Assembly (NCBI GenBank): GCA_903901225.1
Contig: CAIUQE010000037.1
Coordinates: 106,580-170,579, forward strand
Direction: 5' to 3'
DNA from: Candidatus Omnitrophota bacterium
GTDB lineage: Bacteria; Omnitrophota; Gorgyraeia; Zapsychrales; Fredricksoniimonadaceae
Length of the DNA: 64,000 nt
A model generated the notes under the pieces. That model searched no databases. It was not told where the DNA came from and saw only the letters and a list, made by a program, of their open reading frames with translations. Numbering within the stretch: position 1 is the first letter of the stretch; each line of letters opens with the position of its first letter. Positions 39,963 to 50,388 of this stretch are shown here, in pieces. The translations under genes and the position numbers were made by a program.

Positions 39963-41168
39963 TCAATCTCGATCGAGGATGAATTCCTGGCAGACAAAAT
40001 CAGCGAAGGGAAAAGCGCACGTGAAGGCGGGAGAAACAGCGTTGAGGACATGGACCGAAGAACGGTCGGCCTCAACCACAAAATCCTGGACCAGCGCCGA
40101 CCTGGACCTGTCAAGGAGCTGCGCGCGAATGCCGGGACGCGTGAAATCCCCGAACCCCTGTGGATCAATGCCCGGGATCATCTTGACAGCAAGCCCGATA
40201 AAATGCTTCCTGTCATACTTTCTCATCTCATCGAAAGCCAGGTCTCTGAAACCAAACGCGTTGGTCATGAACAGCTTCGCTTCGGCGCACGCGATCTGGC
40301 ACAATTCACCGGGATGGAAACCGTGGCTCCACGCGTAATTCTCACGCCAGAAAGCCGGGATCGCCGTCGGCCCGATCTTGATGGTCCCGTCGATCGTCTT
40401 GGTGAAATGCACCCCCAGGAACGGGTTCTTCAGGTTAGGGACAGGGTAGATGTTCATCCGCACATCCGTCTTGTTCTTGGCGTATTTCAGATAGATCCCC
40501 TTGAACGGGATCATGGTGTATTTTTTCCCGAACCCGTAATCATGCGCCACCTGATCAGCATAAAGCCCGGCGCAATTGATGACCTTCTTCCCCTCGAACG
40601 TGCCGGCGGTCGTCTGGACAACACGTCCCTTGTGTCCGATGAACTTCGCTGAAAAGACGAACTCCACGCCGGAAGCCAAAAGATCCTCCTTAAGGGCCTC
40701 AAGGACCGTCAAAGGATCAAGGCTCGCGGTATCCGGCGAATAAAGGGCCATCTTGTGCGTGAAGACCCCGGGTTCGTACTGGCGGGCTTCGGCGGCATCG
40801 ATCAGGCGGACATTGGACCCGTTGCGTTTCCCCCGGCGCTCAAGCTCGTGGAGCAATTCCAGCTCATTCTCATCCATGGCCACAACAAGCTTGCCGCAGG
40901 CGTTGAACCGGATGCCTTTTTCCAGGCAGTATTCCTTCAATGCCCTCGCCCCCTGGACCGTGAACCTGGCCTTGAGCGTGTCCGCGGTATAGTAAAAACC
41001 GGCATGCAGCACGCCGCTGTTGCGCCCGGAAGAATGCCCGCCGATGTCGTTCTCCTTGTCAAGGATGAGTACCGAAGCCCCCGGCCGGACCTTGAGCAAG
41101 GCGCGCGCGATGGCCATACCGATCACGCCGGCGCCGATAATGATATTATCGTAAACTTTCTTGGGCAT
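39963..41168 (-). CDS. lhgO: L-2-hydroxyglutarate oxidase family FAD oxidoreductase
   Basis: IGAGVIG, SGRNSGVLHAGFYY, IYPVP..PFLGVHFT, GIRAQ, NAVSPAFT. Confidence 0.85.
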   Translation of the reverse strand: MPKKVYDNIIIGAGVIGMAIARALLKVRPGASVLILDKENDIGGHSSGRNSGVLHAGFYYTADTLKARFTVQGARALKEYCLEKGIRFNACGKLVVAMDENELELLHELERRGKRNGSNVRLIDAAEARQYEPGVFTHKMALYSPDTASLDPLTVLEALKEDLLASGVEFVFSAKFIGHKGRVVQTTAGTFEGKKVINCAGLYADQVAHDYGFGKKYTMIPFKGIYLKYAKNKTDVRMNIYPVPNLKNPFLGVHFTKTIDGTIKIGPTAIPAFWRENYAWSHGFHPGELCQIACAEAKLFMTNAFGFRDLAFDEMRKYDRKHFIGLAVKMIPGIDPQGFGDFTRPGIRAQLLDRSRSALVQDFVVEADRSSVHVLNAVSPAFTCAFPFADFVCQEFILDRD

Positions 41169-41226
41169 ATATTGCTTTCGCTGAATGACGTTCTATAATA
41201 TGTGAACGACCAACAGGAGATCCCCT

Positions 41227-41586
41227 ATGACAAAAAAAACATGCTGCCGACTCATTACGATCATCCTGGCCCTGATGCCCTTCGGCATCCTGCCGCGGCC
41301 ATCATGGGCTGACGCAACGCCTGATTTCGAAAAGATCATACCCTTTACCACCGCCACCGGACGGCTTGGCTTCTTTGACAAAAGTAACGGCAATATTTTT
41401 GTCTACGATGAGAACTGGAAGAATTGTGTTTTCAAAGGGCAGCTTAAAACCCTGGGCGCACCGCTGGAAACAATTGCCGGCACTGAGGCGTCATCCCTTC
41501 CCGGCGAGAAGCCAACATCCGGAAAGAACATCTCGATCGATGAAAAAGGGAGCAAAACGATCACGCTTTCCGGCGAACAGAATTAA
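41227..41586 (+). CDS. Exported hypothetical protein
   Basis: TATAAT and AGGAG upstream; signal peptide ending in SWA-D. Confidence 0.7.
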   Translation: MTKKTCCRLITIILALMPFGILPRPSWADATPDFEKIIPFTTATGRLGFFDKSNGNIFVYDENWKNCVFKGQLKTLGAPLETIAGTEASSLPGEKPTSGKNISIDEKGSKTITLSGEQN

Positions 41587-42167
41587 TTCCGCCTCAGGAC
41601 AAAGATCCCCGAATCCGCGAGCAGATTGGTGAAGTAACGGACCTGCCTGCCATTGCAAAGGCAGGGATTCTTCTCGACCACGATCCGTTTCTCAACACAA
41701 AAATCACGAAAATCCTTGAGGCTCAGGAACCTGAGGTTTGGCGTATTGTACCACTTATAAGGCAGGCTTTCCGTCACAGGGACCTGGCCCATGAAAAATA
41801 TCTGCGCTCTCGCCCTTATATTACAGAAATTCGGGATGCCGACAATGACCTTCTTGCCCACGCGCAACGCGTCCGTCAGGACCTTCTCGATGTTCATGAT
41901 CTGCTGCAAACTTTCATTGAGGATCACATAATCGAAACGCTTGTCCTCATAAACATCCATGTCGGAATCAATGTTCCCCTGGGCGACCGAAACGCCGCGT
42001 TCCATGCACCTGTATATCTGCTGGGGTGATATCTCGATGCCGGTGGCATGGCAGTTCTTTTTCTGTTTCAGGAGGGACAGCAGTTCCCCGTCACCGCACC
42101 CCAGGTCGAGGACCCTGGCGCCAGGTTCAATGATGCCCGCGATGATCTCATAGTCCAGCCTGATCAT
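41583..42167 (-). CDS. metW: Methionine biosynthesis protein MetW
   Basis: [31 protein letters not shown]; coupled to metX. Confidence 0.93.
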   Translation of the reverse strand: MIRLDYEIIAGIIEPGARVLDLGCGDGELLSLLKQKKNCHATGIEISPQQIYRCMERGVSVAQGNIDSDMDVYEDKRFDYVILNESLQQIMNIEKVLTDALRVGKKVIVGIPNFCNIRARAQIFFMGQVPVTESLPYKWYNTPNLRFLSLKDFRDFCVEKRIVVEKNPCLCNGRQVRYFTNLLADSGIFVLRRN

Positions 42168-43297
42168 GGCAATGACCTTTCCCGTCCGACTTTCGCCAGG
42201 TAACTTGAAATCGCCCGCGTCTGGTCCTCAAACTCGACCAGGAACGCGTCATGGCCGTAATCAGACTCCATCTCGACATACGTGACATCAACGTCATTCG
42301 CCTTCAAAGCCCGGACCATTTCCTGGGACTGGGATGAAGGATACAGCCAGTCGGATGTAAAGCTGATGACCAGAAGATCCGCCTTGATCCCCTTGAACGC
42401 CTCGCTGAGCTTCCTGCCTCCGGCAAGGTCAAAATAATCCATGGCCTTGGTGAGATAAAGGTAACTGTTCGCGTCAAAGCGTTCGACAAAGCTCTGCCCC
42501 CGGTACTCCAGGTAATTCTGGACCTCGAAATCCTTGGAAAAGTCATACCCCAGCTTTTCCTTGTCCAGGAGCTTGCGCCCGAACTTCTGCTCCATCGAAA
42601 CCCAGCTCATGTAGGTGATATGCCCCAGCATGCGGGCAACGGCCAGGCCGCGCGCCGGCACAGGCTGGCCGTAATAATTACCGTCCTTCCAGTCCGGGTC
42701 AGCCACGACCGCCTGGCGGCCGACCTCGTGGAACGCGATCTGTTGCGCCGTATGACGATGACAGGCCGCGATAACGATCGCGGAATGGACGCATTCCGGA
42801 TATCTCACGGCCCACGTCATGGCTTGCATCCCGCCCATGGAACCGCCCGCGCAGCTCAAAAGCTTTTTGATGCCCAAATGGTCAAGGAGGGCCTTTTGAA
42901 CATCGACCATATCCTCAATGGTGATCACCGGGAACGTCAAGCCATAGGGCTTGCCGGTCGCGGGGTTGATCGAACCGGAACCAGTGGTCCCCTTGCAGCT
43001 TCCCAGGACATTGGAACAGATCACGCAATATTTATCCGTGTCGAACGCCTTGCCCGGACCGATCATATCCGCCCACCAGCCGGGCTTTGCGTCGCCTTCA
43101 TGATAAGAAGCGGCATGCGCGTCACCGGTGAACGCGTGAAAGATCAATATGGCATTGGACCGCGCCGCGTTGAGCTCACCATAAAGCTCGTAAGCCACCG
43201 TCACCGGCCCCAGCGACACGCCGCTCTTGAGAACAAGCGGACGCGGCGGCTCGGCAAAAGTGAAATACAAAGTTTGTACAAAGTTCGGGTCACTCAC
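42164..43297 (-). CDS. metX: Homoserine O-acyltransferase (MetX family)
   Basis: [30 protein letters not shown]. Confidence 0.95.
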   Translation of the reverse strand: MSDPNFVQTLYFTFAEPPRPLVLKSGVSLGPVTVAYELYGELNAARSNAILIFHAFTGDAHAASYHEGDAKPGWWADMIGPGKAFDTDKYCVICSNVLGSCKGTTGSGSINPATGKPYGLTFPVITIEDMVDVQKALLDHLGIKKLLSCAGGSMGGMQAMTWAVRYPECVHSAIVIAACHRHTAQQIAFHEVGRQAVVADPDWKDGNYYGQPVPARGLAVARMLGHITYMSWVSMEQKFGRKLLDKEKLGYDFSKDFEVQNYLEYRGQSFVERFDANSYLYLTKAMDYFDLAGGRKLSEAFKGIKADLLVISFTSDWLYPSSQSQEMVRALKANDVDVTYVEMESDYGHDAFLVEFEDQTRAISSYLAKVGRERSLP

Positions 43298-44348
43298 AGG
43301 CGGCTTTCCGGGATAACACAGGTTCCGCGTACTTGAACATCTCTTCCAGGCATTTCAAGGCCCTGACGCGCACGGCCTCGTCGATCTGAACGCGCTCACG
43401 GGGATGCGGGGCCTTCAGGACCCTGAGGATGCTCTCCAGAGTATTGGACTTCATATATTTGCACATCGTGCAGCTGCCAACAAGTTCCTTGTCCGGAAAT
43501 TCCGACTGCAGCCGTGCCGAAAGCCCGCATTCGGTCAGCATCAAAAAACGCTTCGACGTTGCCTTGCGCATATAATCAAGCATCTGTTCCGTCCCGCCGA
43601 CAAAATCCGCGTTCGCCACCACCTCGGCATTGCATTCGGGATGGCAAACGATCTTCACGTCGGGATATTCGCCGCGGACCTTGAATATCTGCTCCCCGCT
43701 GTATTCCTCGTGGACATAGCAGGTGCCCGAGAAATAGCGGATGTCCTTGGTGACACCGCGCCGCTGCATCTCGTTCTTGAGGTTCATCCCCATGAACTTG
43801 TCCGGCAGGAAATATATCTTGTCGCAGGGGTATTTTTCAACGATCTGGTACACATTGGCTGACGTGACGCAAACATCACACTCCGCCTTAACCTCAGCCG
43901 TCGTGTTGACATAACAGACAAACGCATAACCAGGGAACTCTTGCCTGAGGCGGCGCACATCCTCGGCGGTAATGGCATCCGCGAGCGTGCACCCGGGATC
44001 ATCGGCGGTCACCAGGACTTCCTTACCGGGATTCAGTATCTTGGCCGTCTCACCCATAAAACGGACCGCCACAAAAACAATGGTCCCCGCGGATGTCTTG
44101 ATCGCGTCACGGCTCAACTTGTAGGAATCACCCACAAAATCCGCGACCCCGTACACCATTTCAGGGCTGACATAGGAATGAACAAGGATAACGGCACCTT
44201 TTTCCTTCTTCAGAGCGTTGATCTCATTGATCAAGGGAGCCAGTTCTTCACACTTTTTGAAGGAATACTGGCAGACCGAACTTCCGGCACGAACATTCTT
44301 CAATCTTTCATAAAGCTGCATAGGTGTTATTGATAATGGGGCGGGCAT
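43290..44348 (-). CDS. nadA: Quinolinate synthase
   Basis: [40 protein letters not shown]. Confidence 0.93.
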   Translation of the reverse strand: MPAPLSITPMQLYERLKNVRAGSSVCQYSFKKCEELAPLINEINALKKEKGAVILVHSYVSPEMVYGVADFVGDSYKLSRDAIKTSAGTIVFVAVRFMGETAKILNPGKEVLVTADDPGCTLADAITAEDVRRLRQEFPGYAFVCYVNTTAEVKAECDVCVTSANVYQIVEKYPCDKIYFLPDKFMGMNLKNEMQRRGVTKDIRYFSGTCYVHEEYSGEQIFKVRGEYPDVKIVCHPECNAEVVANADFVGGTEQMLDYMRKATSKRFLMLTECGLSARLQSEFPDKELVGSCTMCKYMKSNTLESILRVLKAPHPRERVQIDEAVRVRALKCLEEMFKYAEPVLSRKAACE

Positions 44349-44401
44349 GGAGTCCTTCTATTTAACGTAAATATTTTGATACTATATATGAATTCAAGGA
44401 T

Positions 44402-46105
44402 TTATTCAAGATTGCCGGCTGACAACGACCGCCTGGAACGCAAATAAAATGCCAGCCCGGCCAGAAAAAGCAACGATACCCAGGATAAAACACCCGCCAT
44501 CAGCCGCAACGGTGTTTGTCCCAGGAATATCTTCACGTCATGCTCCCCTGGTGGCACCTGAAAGAGGATCAAGCCCCAAGGGTTGTCATATACGATGGCG
44601 GTTTCTTTCTTGTCGACCGTGACCTTCCATCCCAAGAAATAAAACTGATGGAAGCAAAGGATAGACTGGGTTGCGGCATTCACATGAAACTCATGCCGCG
44701 ATGAGGACACTTGACGGGCACTCGTAATGACAGCCACCCCGCGGGCAACCTCATACCTTTGGTCCGGCGGCTTCAAAGGAACAGCCTTGACCCATACCGG
44801 CAAGAATCCCTTGCTGTCCATCGGACGGGTATTGTAAAGAAATTGCTGCGGGTCTTTAATATCGTACGATCTCATCGGATTGATAGGCGCTTCAAAGGGA
44901 ACGCTGACCACGATCAGGAACAATGACGCCGCCACGGCCAGCAACCATCTCAACCTGCCGTCGACCCATAAAACAAAACCTCCGGCGAGAAAAGATATGC
45001 AGAACGAAATGGCAACGAAGATGCGCCAGGGGAACTGGACATATTTCAATACCGGGATCGCGTCCCAGACAGGCAGTGCGCGATCGAGGGTCATGAACCC
45101 TAAAACTGCCGCGGCAAGCAACCAAAAGATCTGGATCCATGTCCGATTAATATCCACACGCCAGATCTTAAAGAACGCCAGGAAAGACGAGCCCACAAGA
45201 ATCAAATGAACCCATCCAAGCTGAAATGACGGCCCCATGCCCTGTCCCAGCGGCCCTGACTTCCACGGCGCGAAGATAAGATGGTACAGGGACATAAAAT
45301 GTTGATGATAATCCCCAAGCCCGCCATAAATGTTGCTGTTGGTAACATACTTCATCTCAAGATTGGCCGGAAGCCAGTAATAAGTGGTGATCCCCAAAGC
45401 ACAAGCCACCGCCAGCAAGACCCAGGCTAGCCCGGAACGTTGCGTTGGCCCAACGATAAAAAACAGGAAGAACGCGTACGCGATGGCCACGGGAAAGAAC
45501 AGGATCATCGTGATATTATGCGAAAGGATCAATCCCGTGACCGACAGCGCAAGGCCAATGAAAGCCGCGGCATTCAAGCGCGCGAAGACCCTGTTAATGT
45601 AAAAGATCACGAACGGCAGGAAAATATAGGCGAACATCTGCGCGAAAGCCGTGCGCCGGTAAATATCGCACAAATGGAACGGCGCGAAAATGAAGGCTAC
45701 CGCTGACAACAGCGCCCCGGGACGTCCGAAAAAATCGCGGGCGAGATAATACATCCCCACCCCGGAAAGAAAGAACGAAAGAACAATCGTCAAATTCGCC
45801 GCGAGAAGGAAGTCCCGGACAATGAAGAACAAGCCGGCGGCGACATAATAAAAAAGCGGCGGATAAAAATTGAACAGGGAATAACCGTAACCAAAGTTGA
45901 TGTCCGGCAGCCAGCGGGCGGCGAATTGGCCATCCTGCCAGACATGAACAAGCCCAATAAGCCTGAGCAGCCCCGCGTAAACATCTTCCGACCCGATCAC
46001 CTGCGAACCCAGAAAAGACTTCGCTGCCAGCAATGACAAGGCAAACAGCGTTGTCACGCAAACCAGGTCCTGGAACCATGCTTTTTTCAGCAAACCGGAA
46101 TTCAC
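44402..46105 (-). CDS. Polytopic membrane protein, PTPS-related/YfhO-like (probable GT-C glycosyltransferase)
   Basis: RWLPDINFGYGYSLFNFYPPL, VQFPWR, many TM helices, C-terminal soluble domain. Confidence 0.75.
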   Translation of the reverse strand: MNSGLLKKAWFQDLVCVTTLFALSLLAAKSFLGSQVIGSEDVYAGLLRLIGLVHVWQDGQFAARWLPDINFGYGYSLFNFYPPLFYYVAAGLFFIVRDFLLAANLTIVLSFFLSGVGMYYLARDFFGRPGALLSAVAFIFAPFHLCDIYRRTAFAQMFAYIFLPFVIFYINRVFARLNAAAFIGLALSVTGLILSHNITMILFFPVAIAYAFFLFFIVGPTQRSGLAWVLLAVACALGITTYYWLPANLEMKYVTNSNIYGGLGDYHQHFMSLYHLIFAPWKSGPLGQGMGPSFQLGWVHLILVGSSFLAFFKIWRVDINRTWIQIFWLLAAAVLGFMTLDRALPVWDAIPVLKYVQFPWRIFVAISFCISFLAGGFVLWVDGRLRWLLAVAASLFLIVVSVPFEAPINPMRSYDIKDPQQFLYNTRPMDSKGFLPVWVKAVPLKPPDQRYEVARGVAVITSARQVSSSRHEFHVNAATQSILCFHQFYFLGWKVTVDKKETAIVYDNPWGLILFQVPPGEHDVKIFLGQTPLRLMAGVLSWVSLLFLAGLAFYLRSRRSLSAGNLE

Positions 46106-46180
46106 GCCATATCCCTTCGATAAAGTTCTCTGTCAAATATGCATCAATTTTATACGCGTCGCGCGAGGAGCGCAATGGAA

Positions 46181-47485
46181 TTAAGAACTAAGAAGTTCAC
46201 CTTTTAACTGGTGCGGCGTGGCACGGGTAATGCGGACATTCACCATATTCCCTGCCTTGAACGCGCCCTGAGCGAGGGCCACGATCTTGTTGGCATCGTT
46301 GCGCCCATACGCGCCGCCATCGTTGATCTTCCCGGAGGATTCAACAAGGACTGCCTGGACCTTCCCCACCAGTTCCTTGTTCTTTTGCAAAGAAATGTCC
46401 GTCTGTAATTTGTTCAACCGGACGATCCGAGCTGTCTTTTTGGCTTCCGAAACGTCATCCTTCCACTTGAGCGCGGCTTCAGTCCGCGGACGCGGAGAAT
46501 ACTTGAAAATGAACGCCGAATCAAAACGCGCCTCTCGTGTCAGCTCAAATGTCTCCTCGAATTCGGCGTCTGTCTCCGTAGGAAACCCGACAATAATGTC
46601 CGTCGAAAGGGCCAACGACGGGCATGCCGCGCGCAGTTCTCCAACAAGCGACATGAACTCCCTCCCTGTATAATGACGCCGCATGAGTTCAAGGACACGA
46701 TCATTGCCGGCCTGCAAGGGCAAGTGGACCTGCTTGCAGACCTTCGGGTTAGTGGCCAGGACCTGAATAAGGTCTGCCGGGAAATCTTTGGGATGGGGCG
46801 AGGTAAAACGGATGCGTTCGATGCCTTTGACCGTTGAGACCTGGTCAAGAAGGCTGGCGAAGTCCACACCGTCCTGCCGGTAAGAATTGACATTCTGACC
46901 CAGGAGCGTCACCTGCTTGAATCCTTCATCCGCCAGTCGTCGGACCTCATCGATGATATTGCCCGCGGGCCGGCTGCGTTCCCTTCCCCGGGCGTGAGGG
47001 ACGATGCAAAAAGAACAGAAATTGTTGCACCCGCGCATCACCGCCACCCAGGCATTCACGCCTTCCGCGCGCGCCGGAGAGACATCCGCGTACGTCTCGC
47101 ATTCGGAAAGGGTCACGTCATAACCTGGACCATCCACGGCAGCCGCCAGTATCTCCGGCAAACGCTTGTAACTGTCGGGGCCGACGACAAAATCCAGCGC
47201 CAGATGTTTGTTCTCGATCAACTCCTGGCGCAGCCCCGTGGCCATGCAGCCCAGGATGCCGATCAAGGCCGGCTTGCCATTGCGGCGATGACGGAGATCA
47301 TGGATATGGCCGTAAACCTTGCGGTGGGCATTCTCGCGGACGGAGCACGTGTTGAGCATGATGATATCCGCATCGAGATCATCCTGGGTGAACACATATC
47401 CCGCCGCAGAAAGGATGGAACGAACGATCTCGGTGTCGTATTCGTTCATCTGACAGCCGAAACTGAGAAGGTAAATTTTTTGCAA
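46181..47485 (-). CDS. miaB: tRNA-2-methylthio-N6-dimethylallyladenosine synthase
   Basis: SFGCQMNEYD, NTCSVRE, GCMA, GCNNFCSFC radical-SAM motif, RFTSPHP, TRAM domain; TTG start. Confidence 0.96.
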   Translation of the reverse strand: MQKIYLLSFGCQMNEYDTEIVRSILSAAGYVFTQDDLDADIIMLNTCSVRENAHRKVYGHIHDLRHRRNGKPALIGILGCMATGLRQELIENKHLALDFVVGPDSYKRLPEILAAAVDGPGYDVTLSECETYADVSPARAEGVNAWVAVMRGCNNFCSFCIVPHARGRERSRPAGNIIDEVRRLADEGFKQVTLLGQNVNSYRQDGVDFASLLDQVSTVKGIERIRFTSPHPKDFPADLIQVLATNPKVCKQVHLPLQAGNDRVLELMRRHYTGREFMSLVGELRAACPSLALSTDIIVGFPTETDAEFEETFELTREARFDSAFIFKYSPRPRTEAALKWKDDVSEAKKTARIVRLNKLQTDISLQKNKELVGKVQAVLVESSGKINDGGAYGRNDANKIVALAQGAFKAGNMVNVRITRATPHQLKGELLSS

Positions 47486-47532
47486 ATTGCTAACCTCTAT
47501 AGCGTTACAATTAAATACTACGGGATGAACAA

Positions 47533-48039
47533 TTATGACTTAAAGGCAGGAAAAACAAACACGTCAGGATCAGTATATTCATAAACTTTCTTTACGCGTC
47601 TTGAAGGATTCTCCGCATGCCCCTCCCCCTGCCGAACATCCATATCAATATAAGCCCTTCCATTCTTCAAGGACATCCTATTGATCTCGATTGCTCCCTC
47701 TAAACGACGGGATGCCTTGTGCACAAGCCTCTCTCCATCATTGATCAAGAAGTTAAGCACATAACAATAACCACTACCTCCGGAATTCTGTTCTGTTATA
47801 ACCGCAGCATCCTTCAATCCGTCGTCATTGAGATCGCCATAAATATACTTATTATAGTAAAAAACATTCAGAGGCAATGAGCGATAAGAAGAGTTGACAA
47901 GTGTTACGGACTCAACAGAACGCTCATCACCTATATAATAAGTCATATTCCCGAACAAGCGCGCTGCATTACGATTCTCTACCCCACAGCCGGCCAAAAA
48001 AACTATCAGAACCAAGAATAAGGTCGAGACTAATCGCAT
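47533..48039 (-). CDS. Hypothetical lipoprotein
   Basis: Lipobox LAGC after a hydrophobic signal; GDLNDDGLKDA motif; overlaps the SLT gene stop. Confidence 0.75.
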   Translation of the reverse strand: MRLVSTLFLVLIVFLAGCGVENRNAARLFGNMTYYIGDERSVESVTLVNSSYRSLPLNVFYYNKYIYGDLNDDGLKDAAVITEQNSGGSGYCYVLNFLINDGERLVHKASRRLEGAIEINRMSLKNGRAYIDMDVRQGEGHAENPSRRVKKVYEYTDPDVFVFPAFKS

Positions 48040-48737
48040 ATGAATACCGGGTGTTCATCAATCGTAACCCAATGCCCCTTTGAACAACGACCTTTGGGCT
48101 TGTTGATTTTCTTATTCTTTGCTCCCTTATCCACCAAAGATTTATCAGAAAATTCAGCTTCATTCTTAAAAACATCTTTAACATATTTACGTACTTGATC
48201 TGGATTATCCGCTTTAGCTTGCTCCAAAAACGCCTGAACATCATTCCAGCTTTTGGGATTCTTTTTAGCTTTTTGAGCCAATGCCTGCGCCTTCGCTATA
48301 GTTCCTTCGCCACCATTATAGGCCGCAAGGATAAACTTCTTTCGCTCTAATACATCCTTGACAGGTATTGTTTTTATTTTCGCTGATAAAATAGTTTCTT
48401 TAGAAAATGATCTGTCGAGATCGTCTATATACCGAGCTGCTGCAATGGATGCATAATCAATATCAAAACGCTGGTCATTCTTCTTAGAAACAATTAAATG
48501 ATAGCGTTCCGCCGTATCTCGTTGTAAATGAAAGTGTCCTGCGGCACCGTCCATGCCTCTATCTCTTTTTAATACCCCGAAACTGCTCTCCTGTCCATAG
48601 ATTGCTTCCAGCGTATTTACAGACAACGCATCATTCTTATCAAAATAACTCGATGCATTCTCAAGAGCCTTGCGTATATGTGAAGTTTCCCGTGCAAGCC
48701 AACCATCAACATCTGTTCTTCTTGGTTTTTTTGCCAT
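48030..48737 (-). CDS. Lytic transglycosylase (SLT-like) domain protein without signal peptide
   Basis: AIYGQESSF (catalytic Glu position), GAAGHFHL, LAAYNGGEG; RBS GGAGG. Confidence 0.8.
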   Translation of the reverse strand: MAKKPRRTDVDGWLARETSHIRKALENASSYFDKNDALSVNTLEAIYGQESSFGVLKRDRGMDGAAGHFHLQRDTAERYHLIVSKKNDQRFDIDYASIAAARYIDDLDRSFSKETILSAKIKTIPVKDVLERKKFILAAYNGGEGTIAKAQALAQKAKKNPKSWNDVQAFLEQAKADNPDQVRKYVKDVFKNEAEFSDKSLVDKGAKNKKINKPKGRCSKGHWVTIDEHPVFICD

Positions 48738-48794
48738 AATCTTCTACCTCCTATCTGATCATTATCGCTTTTATGAATTGCGCAACCTGATCAA

Positions 48795-50120
48795 TCAAAG
48801 AACAACCCCATCATTTAACAAAAGCCATTTCCAGAGAGCAGTATAAATTATCTTTCTACCCTTGTGCTCTTCAATTGCTTCATAGTCATCAGTCAATATT
48901 ACCGCATCATCAATCTTCAGCTCATCCATAGCCTTAAGAAGGCTTTTCGTTTCCCGATTTCTAGTCTTTTCATCTGTCAGATTCCAACAAACTTGTATAA
49001 GCCCATTTGTTTTTGTACCATCTTTCAACACAAAATCAACTTCCCTATGCTGTTCATCTTTCCAGTAGTAGAGCTCAAGCTCGGGGTTAAGCACCTGTCT
49101 TTTCTTTAGAGCCAGAAAAACAATATTCTCAGCAAGCCTCCCTACATTTTCAGAAAAGCGAAATCCTACGGAGTTACATAACCCCGGGTCTATTGCGTAT
49201 ACTTTTCTTGGACTCTTTTCCTGCTCTTTTACTTTGAACGAGAAGCGTTTGACGAAGAATACAAGGTAGACATCCTCAAAATATCCGGCGAATTTCTCGA
49301 TAGTATCAGCCGATGCATGAAGGAACCGTTCCGTCGACATAAACGTAGTGAGATTCCCGACATTGCTCAAATAGTATTTTATGAGCGACTTCATGACCTG
49401 CGGTTTTCTCACACTGAATCGCTTAAAAAGGTCTTTTACAAGAAGGTCTTCAAAGTATTTCAGCAGTATTTCTCTCTTTTGCTCCGACAGGACAACTTCA
49501 GGAAAAGAGCCGAACTCCATATATCTGCGAAAAAGGCCTCGTATTTCGGCTTCCTTCCCGGCTATATCGAGATTGTCTGTAATCGTGATCTTGTTAAACG
49601 CCAAGAATTCAGTAAATGATAAAGGAAACACTGTAAGATCAAGATGTCTGCCCGTAAGAAGCGTGCCCAGTTCGCGGCTTAACAGTTTTGCATTTGAGCC
49701 GGAGACAACTATTTTTGCCTTCTTCAGCTCGTGCATCATGCGAACCCATTTCTCCCATCCTTCCACTTCCTGGACTTCATCAAAGAATATGTAAGGTATA
49801 CCTGTAGGTGAGAGAAATTCCTTATAGACATCAAATATCTGTGTCATGAGTTTTGCATCAAGCGTAGAAAATCTGGGATCTTCAAAATTAACGAGAAGAA
49901 TATTTTCTTTCTTTACGCCTTTCTCGGTAAGCTTCTTTGCCATCTGCCGCATAAGATATGACTTACCAGCACGTCTGGGGCCAGTTATCGTTATGACCTG
50001 ATTTGACGTTAAAAGGGCTTCCAGCCTGCCAAGATAGGCATCCCTGACGACACCGGTAGCCTGCTCCGTCCGCCAACTATTCCAGTCATTCAATACCGCT
50101 AAAATCTCATTTTTGTCCAT
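48795..50120 (-). CDS. AAA+ ATPase (AAA_14 plus DUF4143-like)
   Basis: GPRRAGKS, FFDEVQ, SGSNAKLL, LTGRH, GSFPE, KVYAIDPG, ENIV, EVDFV. Confidence 0.88.
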   Translation of the reverse strand: MDKNEILAVLNDWNSWRTEQATGVVRDAYLGRLEALLTSNQVITITGPRRAGKSYLMRQMAKKLTEKGVKKENILLVNFEDPRFSTLDAKLMTQIFDVYKEFLSPTGIPYIFFDEVQEVEGWEKWVRMMHELKKAKIVVSGSNAKLLSRELGTLLTGRHLDLTVFPLSFTEFLAFNKITITDNLDIAGKEAEIRGLFRRYMEFGSFPEVVLSEQKREILLKYFEDLLVKDLFKRFSVRKPQVMKSLIKYYLSNVGNLTTFMSTERFLHASADTIEKFAGYFEDVYLVFFVKRFSFKVKEQEKSPRKVYAIDPGLCNSVGFRFSENVGRLAENIVFLALKKRQVLNPELELYYWKDEQHREVDFVLKDGTKTNGLIQVCWNLTDEKTRNRETKSLLKAMDELKIDDAVILTDDYEAIEEHKGRKIIYTALWKWLLLNDGVVL

Positions 50121-50172
50121 ATAAATAGTCTGTATTAGTCAGGATTTATAAATCTTACCTATTACAACGTAA

Positions 50173-50201
50173 AATATACGTTAAAAACCTGATTTTGTCA
50201 A
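50173..50201 (-). promoter_or_regulatory. Cassette-internal sigma70 promoter of the AAA gene
   Basis: TTGACA-17 nt-TATATT on the minus strand. Confidence 0.55.
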
Positions 50202-50279
50202 ACAAGAAGGCAATAATAACAAGCTCATTATTTCTTTGCCAGCCCCTAAAGTTTTACTTAAAAACCACTTCAGAATTTT

Positions 50280-50310
50280 CTCAACCTCTGTCCTTTTTCG
50301 CATCCATCCG
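50280..50310. repeat. 31-bp conserved arm, copy 1
   Basis: ctcaacctctgtcctttttcgcatccatccg, identical at 52763-52793. Confidence 0.95.
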
Positions 50311-50355
50311 ACATCCGAAGGTCAACAGGGCGACTTTTTTTGAATTACTTGTCAT
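50281..50355 (-). pseudogene. Orphan miaB 5' stub C
   Basis: ATG at 50355 gives MTSNSKKVALLTFGCRM-DAKKDRG*. Confidence 0.75.
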
Positions 50356-50388
50356 TTCAGCCACTTACAGCTCCGTCCTTTACGAGAT

